This document shows positions 1-7,915 of a stretch of DNA of 59,017 nt, piece by piece. A program made the translations under genes and the position numbers. The stretch lies in IMG/VR virus record IMGVR_UViG_3300027666_000002. One strand, written 5' to 3'. The first letter of the stretch is position 1, and every line of letters starts with the position of its first letter. The stretch comes from a virus. The notes under the pieces were generated by a model. That model made no database searches, was not told the origin of the DNA, and saw only the letters and a list, made by a program, of their open reading frames with translations.

Positions 1-127
1 CGGCCTGCGCGAGCCCGCCTGCTGCGTCGACCACGCTGGCGGTTGAGGCGTTGAGGCCACGAACCAGGCCGGCGCCGATCTGCTCACCGATGGTGTGGAA
101 CACCTTGGACGGGGAGCCGATGCCCAG
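1..127. repeat. terminal overlap identical to 58891..59017 (circular assembly closure)
   Basis: nt 1-127 (cggcctgcgcgagcccgcctgc...ggagccgatgcccag) recur verbatim as the last 127 nt. The overlap lies inside one uninterrupted minus-strand ORF. Confidence 0.9.
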
Positions 128-2278
128 GGCGCTGGTGACGGAGTCGATGGCCTGGGAAACAAGGTTCTTGAAGAAGTTGAGGACCGAGCTGACCGCCGAC
201 TTCAGGCCGTTGATCAGCCCCTGGATGACGCGCTTGCCGGCGTCGAACAGCCAGGACCCGACGTCGCCGAGGGCACCCAGGACCCTGCCGGGCAGGTCGA
301 GGAACCACTGCACAGCGTTACCGATGCCGTCACCGATGGAGCTGACGAATCCGGCCATGGTGTCGCGGATGGAGCCCAGGACGTTGCCAGCCCAGTTCAC
401 CACCGTGTCGAACATGTGACTGAACCCGCCGCTGAAAAAGTCAGCGATAGGGCCCAGGAAGTTCTGGAAGGTGGCTACGGTGTCCTGCCAGAATCCAACG
501 AAGAAGTCGCCTATGGCGCCGAACACCGTCGTGATCGTGTCCCAGACTTTGCCGACGACAAAGGAGACGACCTCCCAAATTCCGCCGATTACCGTGGACA
601 GGAACTTGATAATCGGAATGAAGATGTCAGCGAGGAACCCGACAATATCCGTGAAGATCGGGATCACGGTCTTCATGATATCCACGAAGCCTTCGATGGC
701 CGGCATCAGCGCCTTAATCAGGTCGATGAAGTCCGGCATCAAGTCCGTAACCATCTGGATGAACGGCGGCAGAATGGGCAGCACGGCTTCGAGCAGGTCC
801 ACGAACACAGGCGCCAGCGGCACCATGGCCTCGAACAGGTCCGCGAGCGATTGGGCGATATCCTGAATCACCGGCCCGAGGGTGGGCATGGCGCTATCTA
901 TAGCCTTCGCCAGCGCGTCGAAGAATGGGATCATTGACTTCAGCACGGTGCCGAAGGCTTTGGCTAGCTCGACGATCAGTGGACGCAGCGCCTGCAGTAG
1001 TTGACCGAATACCTCGAATAGCGGCCGCAGGACGGGTCCGAGCACCTCTGCCACATCGGCGAGAATGGGGATAAAGTCTCGCCCGATGATGGTGATCAGC
1101 TCGAAGAATGCCGGCCCGAGGGCTTTCATAACGCGGCCCATGGATTCGAAGAATCCGCCGAACGCTTCTTGCCCGGCAACACTCCCAGTGAAGTCCTGGA
1201 ATCGCTGCGTGATCTCCTGGATACGCTGCAGGAATCCGCCACCCTCGGTGCTCGCCGCGCCGATGATGTTCCGGATGGCCCCGAACACGTTCCCCGCGAT
1301 GTCGCCCAAGGTCTTCAGGGAGTCGATGGCCCGCTGGAAGAACGCGGCGAGCTCGCCGGACTTGGCAGCCTCGGAGATGCGCTGGGAGAACGCGGTGGCC
1401 CAGTCGTTGAGTCCAGCAGTCAGACCGGGAAGGAAGTTCGAGCCGGTCGTCACCAGGTCCAGTAGGGCGCTCACGGCAGGCTGCAGCGCGCCGGCCAGGT
1501 TGCCCCACGTGACCTGCAGGTTGGCGGAGAACTGGCTGACCTTCTGCACCTGCGCGCCCTGCAGCAGGAAGTCGGCCACGCTGCGCGCCGCGATGCTGGT
1601 TTGCCGCGCGACCCCCTGGAAGCCCGCTGTGGCGATGGGTAGGTACGTGTTGGCGAGCGGCTTCACCACGTCGGCCAGGCCCTGGAAGAGCGCCTCCTGG
1701 ACGTCCAGGCGCATCTCATCGAAGGCAGGCTTGACGTCGCGTACGGCTCGCGCGAAGTCGCGCGCCGAGGGCGACAGGTTCTTCAGAGCCTCATCGAAGG
1801 CGGCCGCGTCGCCAGAGGCCACGGCGGACATCGCGTCACCCATGCCCTGCAGCCCGAGACTGATCGCGGCCGTGCCCGCCTTGAAGGTGGCGAAGACGGC
1901 AGGGAGCAGCCCGAGCACGCCTGCTGCCTGCGCGGCAGCTTGCACGAGGGCGCCGACGCCGAGGGCGAGCTGCGTGACACCGGCCAAGGCGCCGATCGCG
2001 GCCGTGCCGATGAGCAACAGCTTGCCGCCGGAGACGGCCGCCCCGGCGATGTCACGCGCCACGCCGAGCACGCCAGAGCTGATCTTCTTGAAGTTGGCGG
2101 TAAGCCGTCGCGTGTCGTTGTCGCTGTCGTCGGCCATCTTCTTGGTGGGCGACTTCAGGTCGACCTGCGTGGCGGCCGCCTCCTGCATGGCCTTACGGAT
2201 GACGGTGCGGATCTCCAGGGCCAAGCCTTTGCCGTCCACCCGCAGGCGGACGGCGGCTTCCGCGATCACCCTGGCCAC
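1..2278 (-). CDS. tape measure protein, N-terminal ~759 codons (continues across the contig junction into 58625..58890)
   Basis: GTG at 2278 preceded by AGGGAGG. Hand translation VARVIAEAAVRLRVDGKGLALEIRTV... stays open to nt 1; it is absent from the ORF track because it runs off the edge. Ala/Gly/Ile-rich helical repeats, positioned after the chaperone pair. 2278+266 nt = 2544 nt = 848 codons in frame. Confidence 0.85.
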   Translation of the reverse strand, partial: MARVIAEAAVRLRVDGKGLALEIRTVIRKAMQEAAATQVDLKSPTKKMADDSDNDTRRLTANFKKISSGVLGVARDIAGAAVSGGKLLLIGTAAIGALAGVTQLALGVGALVQAAAQAAGVLGLLPAVFATFKAGTAAISLGLQGMGDAMSAVASGDAAAFDEALKNLSPSARDFARAVRDVKPAFDEMRLDVQEALFQGLADVVKPLANTYLPIATAGFQGVARQTSIAARSVADFLLQGAQVQKVSQFSANLQVTWGNLAGALQPAVSALLDLVTTGSNFLPGLTAGLNDWATAFSQRISEAAKSGELAAFFQRAIDSLKTLGDIAGNVFGAIRNIIGAASTEGGGFLQRIQEITQRFQDFTGSVAGQEAFGGFFESMGRVMKALGPAFFELITIIGRDFIPILADVAEVLGPVLRPLFEVFGQLLQALRPLIVELAKAFGTVLKSMIPFFDALAKAIDSAMPTLGPVIQDIAQSLADLFEAMVPLAPVFVDLLEAVLPILPPFIQMVTDLMPDFIDLIKALMPAIEGFVDIMKTVIPIFTDIVGFLADIFIPIIKFLSTVIGGIWEVVSFVVGKVWDTITTVFGAIGDFFVGFWQDTVATFQNFLGPIADFFSGGFSHMFDTVVNWAGNVLGSIRDTMAGFVSSIGDGIGNAVQWFLDLPGRVLGALGDVGSWLFDAGKRVIQGLINGLKSAVSSVLNFFKNLVSQAIDSVTSALGIGSPSKVFHTIGEQIGAGLVRGLNASTASVVDAAGGLAQA

Positions 2279-2280
2279 TG

Positions 2281-2826
2281 CTACCTCCCTGTCTGCCCAG
2301 GCCCTCGTGGCGCCTCCGGCACGGGCGCGAAGCCCGGTATCCGTGCACGTACCTCGGGCGCCGTGCCGGCCTGTGTTCCGGCTTCCAGGCCGGGCCCGCG
2401 TCCCAGGTGTCCGGCCATCGCGATGTGTTCAGGCCGTCTGCCCCAGGTTTCGCGAGCGCCCTCGGGGTCGATCATGGCTTCCTTGATGGCCATCTGTTTG
2501 GTGATCTCTTGCAGCATCTGGTGCGGTGCCTCGGCGTATGCCGCATACACGGCATCCAGCCACAGGGTGGCCGGCGTTGTCGACCCGATGTCCGCAAAGG
2601 CGAGTCGGCCACGCACGTAGGCTCCAGCTATGGGGTCCTCGGTAATCCTGAAGATCAGGACTACCGCCGCGTAGGGCGGCCTCCCGCCTTCCCCACAAGC
2701 CTCTTCCAGACCGTTTCGAGCTGGTCTGCCTGCAGGGTCAGATCCTCGTCCTCGTCCATCAGGTAGGCGAAGCGGCGGCGTGACGATCCGCTCTCGAACT
2801 CCATCGCCTTGCTGATGTACTCGCGG
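2281..2826 (-). CDS. tail assembly chaperone, -1 frameshift extension (T part of G/GT)
   Basis: The frame -1 relative to 2661..3254 is open from the TGA at 2827..2829 to the TAG at 2281. ORF track 2281..2616 is its 3' part. It ends 2 nt before the tape measure start. Confidence 0.55.
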   Translation of the reverse strand, partial: PRVHQQGDGVRERIVTPPLRLPDGRGRGSDPAGRPARNGLEEACGEGGRPPYAAVVLIFRITEDPIAGAYVRGRLAFADIGSTTPATLWLDAVYAAYAEAPHQMLQEITKQMAIKEAMIDPEGARETWGRRPEHIAMAGHLGRGPGLEAGTQAGTAPEVRARIPGFAPVPEAPRGPGQTGR

Positions 2827-3254
2827 TCATGCGGTTCGCCGTCGGGCCCCACGAGCAGGTCATCCTCTGACTCGTCGAAGTCGTCCGGGGGATCGGGGGT
2901 GAGATCGCGTCGGGTGTCGTTTCCGTTGGCGCCCTCGGGCAGGTGTCCGTGCCACTCCGGCTCCACGTCCGGCTCAGGTGGCGTGTACCGGGCGGGCTGG
3001 TAGTCCTTGGGCGTGCCGTCGTCGTCGGCCAGCATCTTGCGAATGGTGCGCACCATGCCTTGGATGGCACGCTCGGCGTGCTGCGCTGCGGACAGGGTGT
3101 AGTTGAGGCTGCCGGCGTCGAGCACGGGGTAGGCCGTGAACTGGTGTACCTCTGGGTTCTTGCCTCGCATGAACTCCAGGGCGAACGTGTACGGCTGTAC
3201 TGCCGGCCCCGTCTGCTTTCGGGTCTTACTTCGGATGATCTCAACTTCTGCCAT
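2661..3254 (-). CDS. tail assembly chaperone (G)
   Basis: 197-aa ORF with an acidic C-terminal half, immediately upstream of an overlapping -1 frame and the tape measure gene (canonical synteny). Confidence 0.75.
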   Translation of the reverse strand: MAEVEIIRSKTRKQTGPAVQPYTFALEFMRGKNPEVHQFTAYPVLDAGSLNYTLSAAQHAERAIQGMVRTIRKMLADDDGTPKDYQPARYTPPEPDVEPEWHGHLPEGANGNDTRRDLTPDPPDDFDESEDDLLVGPDGEPHDREYISKAMEFESGSSRRRFAYLMDEDEDLTLQADQLETVWKRLVGKAGGRPTRR

Positions 3255-3267
3255 GGTGGCCCCTTAG

Positions 3268-3693
3268 TTAGATACTTCCTCCGTCGTAGAGACTTCTGGT
3301 TAGGAAGCCACTACCACGGGTGCCGGGGTGGTTGACCTGCCGGCGGAACACAACCTTGCCGTTGACTACGAAGCGTAGCGCCTTCTTGCGCTTCGCCCTG
3401 ATCACGTGCGGACGCGACCCCTTGTCCAGGATCTCCGGGACCGTGCGCTTGCCCGACCTACCTGCGATGACGTCACCGTACGGGTAGCGCTTCACGTTCC
3501 TGTTGAGGCTGTCACGGATAGTGGTCAGCGTGAATCCAGACCTCACCTGGACGCGCGACTTCGCCAGGCCACCGATCAGGAACAGCCGATACCGCAGGTC
3601 GTAGACGATGCCGGCGTGCGGGTCGTTCGCCAGCGCCTGCGGCTCGCCGGGGAGCAGCTTCACCGAGCCGGGAGCCCATCGGAAGTCGGCCAC
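3268..3693 (-). CDS. HK97 gp10-like head-tail joining / tail completion protein
   Basis: 141 aa. The motif run ...IRAKRKKALRFVVNGKVVFRRQVNHPGTRGSGFLTRSL resembles the gp10 family (recalled). Lies in the connector block. Confidence 0.6.
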   Translation of the reverse strand: MADFRWAPGSVKLLPGEPQALANDPHAGIVYDLRYRLFLIGGLAKSRVQVRSGFTLTTIRDSLNRNVKRYPYGDVIAGRSGKRTVPEILDKGSRPHVIRAKRKKALRFVVNGKVVFRRQVNHPGTRGSGFLTRSLYDGGSI

Positions 3694-3696
3694 GGT

Positions 3697-4245
3697 CTAC
3701 TCCAGGCTCGCGCAGGTGACGATGGCGCTCGCGGACATCCCCACGAATCCGCCCGCAGCTTCGCCGGGCTCGATCACGCCGAGCTGCACCGAGCTGGCGC
3801 CGTCGCCGGGCAGCAGTTCCTTCTGGGTGCGGGCGGCCCAGCGCACCAACGCCTGGGACAGCATGCCGGCATCGACCATGTATCGCTCGCCTGCCTCGTT
3901 GAGCGTCTCGACGCTGGGCGGCGTGGCGGTGCGCCCGGTCGGCCCCGGGATGCACCGGACAAGGGCGATGTCGAACACGGCATGCCGGATGGACAGAACG
4001 CTGGCCGGCGTGCCTGCTCGCGGCGTCGAGGGTGGCGCCGAATCCTGGGCGGGCCCGAATCCGATACCGGCCAGGGAGATCACCAACTGCTCGCAGTCCC
4101 AGGCCTGGCTTCCGGGATCTCCGGCGGCGACGTAGCGGCGTGCCGGCAGCGGCTCGGCAGCACTGGGTATCCAGTGCGCCTCGATGGCGTGCTGGATGTC
4201 GAGCGCGAGCTGCCGGACGGCGATGCCGCGCCCGATGGTGCTCAC
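3697..4245 (-). CDS. head-tail connector (neck/stopper-like) protein, putative
   Basis: GTG at 4245 overlaps the upstream TGA (GTGA). The N-terminal part of ORF-track 3697..4362 was trimmed. Function inferred from position only. Confidence 0.45.
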   Translation of the reverse strand: MSTIGRGIAVRQLALDIQHAIEAHWIPSAAEPLPARRYVAAGDPGSQAWDCEQLVISLAGIGFGPAQDSAPPSTPRAGTPASVLSIRHAVFDIALVRCIPGPTGRTATPPSVETLNEAGERYMVDAGMLSQALVRWAARTQKELLPGDGASSVQLGVIEPGEAAGGFVGMSASAIVTCASLE

Positions 4246-4808
4246 GCGCCCTCGCCGGGGATGACCAGGTTGGCCTCCAGGTGGGCGATGATCTCCGTGC
4301 GGGACATGGTGGCCCACTCGGACGGCTCGGTGTTGGTGGCGGCCACGGCGTACGCACGCCACGAGTCGGTGTCGGAGCCGGGCCCGTTGCGGGGCGGGAC
4401 CGGGTGGGCGTCTACCGGGTCGCCTTCGGCTGGCTCGCCGATGTAGCGCCAGCCGCTCGATGTCTCGCCGTCTGGCTGGCCACTCGGCTCGCCCGGGTCA
4501 TCCTCGGTGCGGTCGCCTTCGTTCCACTGGTACAGCTCACCCGTGATGTCCTCCAGGGTGGGCAGCTCGGCGTCGGGACCTTCGGTGGCCAGCTGCTCCC
4601 GGAACTCGTCCACGAGCGTCTGACGTCGCTCCAGCTCCTCGGTGGAAGGCGCCTGGCCGGGCGGGTCCTCGTCCATCCAGGCGCGTTCGTGATCGGTAGC
4701 GTGCAGGCTGATCAGCTTCAGCCAACGGGTGTCGACCTCAGGTTCCGGATCGCGCAGGTTTCGGATGTGACGTGGGCTGTTGGCCGGGGCGAAGGGGTCA
4801 GACTTCAC
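4242..4808 (-). CDS. acidic hypothetical protein (connector block)
   Basis: ORF track 4242..4820. I prefer the GTG at 4808, with GGAG 7 nt upstream. Asp/Glu/Pro-rich. Confidence 0.6.
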   Translation of the reverse strand: MKSDPFAPANSPRHIRNLRDPEPEVDTRWLKLISLHATDHERAWMDEDPPGQAPSTEELERRQTLVDEFREQLATEGPDAELPTLEDITGELYQWNEGDRTEDDPGEPSGQPDGETSSGWRYIGEPAEGDPVDAHPVPPRNGPGSDTDSWRAYAVAATNTEPSEWATMSRTEIIAHLEANLVIPGEGA

Positions 4809-5610
4809 GGGTTGCTCCAAGGCGGGCGAGTCGAGGTACGTCAGGTGACCATACCTGCGCTGACTGTGGGGCTCGATAGGGATTGACGGCTTCCAGCCAC
4901 ATGTCCACCAGCGGCAGGCCGGTGCGGAACTCTGGCCGGTCCGTGGTGAGCAGTTCCATCGTGATGCCCTGTCGGGTCACCGACACGGTGTTCGGTGGCA
5001 GTCGACACTCTTCGCTGCCGGCGGCGTCCAGCGCGATCTCGATGCCGAGTTCGATGGCCGCGTCACGGCCGCCTGCGGGCGGTGGGTCGCCGAACGTGTA
5101 CGTGACCTGGGTGTCGCCGCCGCACACGTTCCACGCCTGGCCGTCGGTGCGCTGCAGCCAGCCGGACGGACGCAGCACGTAGGCCACGAACGGATCCCCG
5201 CCAACGGTCACCTCGACGATGCCGGTAACCGGGCGGCGCGGTAGCTGCACGGCGATCGGAGCCGCGATGTGCGCGCCACCGAACGGGATCCGCAGGCCGG
5301 AGACCAGGCCCGACCAGTCGGGCGCCCAGGCCCAGCACTGACAGCGACCCCACGTCGAGCTGTACGGCCACGCTCCGGTCCCGGGGAGCGGCTCGGCACT
5401 GCGCAGTACCGCGTCCTCTTCACAGCCGCCACCGAGCCACTGGCGGCCCGAGAAGGCCCACAGCATCTCACTGGCCCGCAGCAAGGCGGCGTTGATCTCG
5501 TCGAGGGTGATGCCGAGTGCGGTCAGCCGGTCGAGCTGCTTGGCCGACATGTCGTCGGTGGTCGCCCAGGGCGAGCACAGGACATCAGAGGTGGGCGTCG
5601 GTGTGGTCAT
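4798..5610 (-). CDS. head-to-tail adaptor, putative
   Basis: 270 aa, RBS GAGGAG. The N-terminal ...CSPWATTDD... and overall layout resemble actinophage adaptors (recalled). First gene after a terminator. Confidence 0.55.
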   Translation of the reverse strand: MTTPTPTSDVLCSPWATTDDMSAKQLDRLTALGITLDEINAALLRASEMLWAFSGRQWLGGGCEEDAVLRSAEPLPGTGAWPYSSTWGRCQCWAWAPDWSGLVSGLRIPFGGAHIAAPIAVQLPRRPVTGIVEVTVGGDPFVAYVLRPSGWLQRTDGQAWNVCGGDTQVTYTFGDPPPAGGRDAAIELGIEIALDAAGSEECRLPPNTVSVTRQGITMELLTTDRPEFRTGLPLVDMWLEAVNPYRAPQSAQVWSPDVPRLARLGATREV

Positions 5611-5626
5611 CGGATCTCCTCAGGAC

Positions 5627-5670
5627 GTGGGGGCGGCCCCGTGCAGTCGCCGTCACGGTGCCGCCCCCAC
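5627..5670 (-). terminator. stem-loop terminator after the capsid-operon genes
   Basis: 11-bp perfect inverted repeat gtgggggcggc (5627..5637) / gccgcccccac (5660..5670), 24 nt downstream of the stop at 5694. Confidence 0.6.
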
Positions 5671-5693
5671 AGTTTCCCTGGGGCCACCAGGGG

Positions 5694-6653
5694 TCAGGGG
5701 ATCGTCACGAAGCCAGGCGACAGGTCCGGCAGGGCGGCGACCCGGGCGAACTGCCACACTCGATCAGAGATGTAGGGCCAGTCGGCCGCCGGGCCGGTGC
5801 CCCAATTCTGGTTCTGCTCGGTCCAGCCCTGGAAGCCAGGCAGCAGCGGGTTCTCCCCGTTGAGCGTCCAGGCGTCCGACGGGGACAGCTTGGCGCGCGG
5901 CAGTACCCAGTGGAAGTACGGGAGCTGGGCCGCGTACGCGCCGCCCTCGATGGCGGCCGTCCAGAACTCCAGGCCGACGCCGTTGGGCACGGCCTCGGCG
6001 CCGACCTCGGGCGCCGCGTAGCCGATGTCCGTCAGGTTGTTGCCTGGCGTGGTGGTGGCGATGGTGACGCCCGGAGTGGTGCCGCCGGTGAGGCCGGCGC
6101 CGTCCGCCGTCATCTGCGGGACGTTGCCCAGGCTGGTGCTGAACGTGGCCGTGTACGGGCCGCCGGCTGAACCGGTGACCGCCACGCCGCCTACGCCGAC
6201 GTTGTCGAGCGCCTCCAACGCGGTGTCCACGGCAGTCGATGCGGCGTTGTAGGCGATGGGCGCCGTGGTCTCGCCGTCGAACGTGAGCGTGAAGGTGCCG
6301 CCGGTCGGCGTGCCGGTGATCGTGATCGTCTGGACCTCGGCGACGGCCGCCCCGGTGCTGATGACGTCGCCGCCGATCATGAATTCCAGGACGTTCGGGT
6401 CTGGGGTACACACCTGAAAGTCGCTGATCGTGCCGCGCTTCAGCGTGTCGGGGGCCCGGTAGGTGAGGCACACCCGACCGGAGCCGGCCTTCTGAATGAA
6501 CTCGGTGCCTTCCTCGTACTCCAGGCCGATGCTGACCGCGACCAGGGCGTCCGACACGTAACAGGTGTCCGAGCCCGCGATCGGCGCGCCGAGCACGTCG
6601 ATCTTGGTCATCCGCATCCCGAGGGCGAAGAGGCTGCCCGCGCCGTCGTACAT
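5694..6653 (-). CDS. virion structural protein, candidate major tail (tube) protein with an inserted ~99-aa display domain
   Basis: 319 aa, RBS AAGGAGG, followed by a strong terminator. No other tail-tube candidate exists between the connector genes and the chaperones. Residues 106-204 are paralogous to residues 220-316 of 6672..7820. Confidence 0.45.
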   Translation of the reverse strand: MYDGAGSLFALGMRMTKIDVLGAPIAGSDTCYVSDALVAVSIGLEYEEGTEFIQKAGSGRVCLTYRAPDTLKRGTISDFQVCTPDPNVLEFMIGGDVISTGAAVAEVQTITITGTPTGGTFTLTFDGETTAPIAYNAASTAVDTALEALDNVGVGGVAVTGSAGGPYTATFSTSLGNVPQMTADGAGLTGGTTPGVTIATTTPGNNLTDIGYAAPEVGAEAVPNGVGLEFWTAAIEGGAYAAQLPYFHWVLPRAKLSPSDAWTLNGENPLLPGFQGWTEQNQNWGTGPAADWPYISDRVWQFARVAALPDLSPGFVTIP

Positions 6654-6671
6654 GCTGTTACCTCCTTGTCC

Positions 6672-7820
6672 TCAGGGTGCCGGCGTCGGGTCGTCCACCT
6701 CGATCGCGTGCAGGTTGCACGGATCGAAGTAGGCGGCGAAGAGACGGTCGGCGAAGTAAGTGACCTCGTTCAGGCCGTGCGTGATGATGCGATCGACCTG
6801 GATGGTGTCGAGTCGCACGATGACCGGGCCAGTGGCGTACATCCACAGGCCTGTGTCGACAGACGGGTTCACGCCCGGGGTGACGGTGGCGACCGTGACG
6901 CCCGGGGTCGTGCCGCCGGTGAGGCCGGCGCCGTTGCCCGTCATCTGGGCCACGTTGCCCATGTCGGCCGGGAAGGTGACCGTGTAGGGCCCGCCGGCCA
7001 CACCGGACACGGTGACACCGTCCAGGTTCGACAGGTTGTTCAGCGCGGTTTGCACGGTCGCGGCTGCCGCGTTGTAGGCGATGGCCGCTGTGGTCTGCGC
7101 GCTGAACGTGAGCGTGAAGGTGCCGCCGGTGGGGGCGCCGGTGATCGTCACCGACTGCACCTCGGAGGTGCCCGGCACGTCGGGGCCACGGCCCGAGTAG
7201 CCAGCGTCCGCGACCACACGCGCGCCCGTGCGGGTGCGTAGTAGCTGTCCCTCCGCGACCAGCGCTCCGGCGGCGTCGAGCGCCACGGCGAGCCGCAGCG
7301 GCATGTGGATGAACACGTCCATGCCGAGGGAGGTCTGCCGCGCCTCCTGCTCCAGCGCGCCGAGGCCGTTCAGGACATCCCACGAGCCGGCGATCACGTC
7401 GGCCGCAGGCGAGGCCAGGTAGGCGTTGGACTGCTCGGCGCCGAACGGCGTGGCGTACGGGTTGAGCAGCGTCTGTGCGCCGATCTCCAGCTCACGCGCC
7501 ACCATGTAGGAGGTGACGGCGCCAGCCTGTCGGCGAACGCGTCCCAGGCCGTCATCGGCCTGGGAGCCGCGCGTAGTGCAGACGTCCTCGACCCGGAACG
7601 CGGGCGGCATGTAGTAGGCCAGCCCGCCGTCCCCGTCGCCGATCGGCGGATCTTCGAACGCTCCGCCGCACGGCTCGAACGTGCGCGCCTGCGGACACCG
7701 CTCGGGCCGCCACGAGATGCCGTTCTGCCAGCGAGCCCCGTCGCTCGGGGTGATCGCTGCGGCCACGAGAGTGCCGTAGGTGGGTGGCGCTGCCGGGACC
7801 GGCTCAACGGGAGCGAACAT
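6672..7820 (-). CDS. virion structural protein, capsid-like (possible second/pentamer-type capsid protein) with an inserted ~97-aa display domain
   Basis: 382 aa, RBS AAGGAG. The C-terminus ...LNEVTYFADRLFAAYFDPCNLHAIEV resembles HK97-fold capsid C-termini (recalled). Co-oriented directly after the major capsid gene. Confidence 0.4.
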   Translation of the reverse strand: MFAPVEPVPAAPPTYGTLVAAAITPSDGARWQNGISWRPERCPQARTFEPCGGAFEDPPIGDGDGGLAYYMPPAFRVEDVCTTRGSQADDGLGRVRRQAGAVTSYMVARELEIGAQTLLNPYATPFGAEQSNAYLASPAADVIAGSWDVLNGLGALEQEARQTSLGMDVFIHMPLRLAVALDAAGALVAEGQLLRTRTGARVVADAGYSGRGPDVPGTSEVQSVTITGAPTGGTFTLTFSAQTTAAIAYNAAAATVQTALNNLSNLDGVTVSGVAGGPYTVTFPADMGNVAQMTGNGAGLTGGTTPGVTVATVTPGVNPSVDTGLWMYATGPVIVRLDTIQVDRIITHGLNEVTYFADRLFAAYFDPCNLHAIEVDDPTPAP

Positions 7821-7854
7821 GCGTCACTCCTTTCTCCTCCGTCGGGGTGGAGAA

Positions 7855-7908
7855 CCGGGCGCCTCACGAACCGAGTGGACGGATCCACGGAACGAGTGAG
7901 GCGCCCGG
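7855..7908 (-). terminator. stem-loop (attenuator/terminator) downstream of the major capsid gene
   Basis: 13-bp perfect inverted repeat ccgggcgcctcac (7855..7867) / gtgaggcgcccgg (7896..7908) with an inner gtgga/tccac helix. Confidence 0.55.
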
Positions 7909-7915
7909 TCGCCGG

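Noticed and set aside
1-127. Terminal repeat as a biological direct terminal repeat or cos region
   Set aside because: It lies in the middle of the tape measure ORF and restores the frame exactly when the ends are joined. Its length (127) looks like an assembler k-mer overlap.
1065-2486. Long plus-strand ORF (473 aa) and similar large antisense ORFs (7784..9913 +, 13043..15439 +, 17433..18362 +, 19245..20420 +, 37463..38248 +, 38607..39902 +, 44574..45962 -, 50078..50917 -, 52104..53801 +)
   Set aside because: They are Arg/Ser/Pro/Gly/Ala-rich shadow frames opposite genes with recognisable products (tape measure, capsid, protease, portal, terminase, ERF). They have no RBS and are typical of high-GC DNA.
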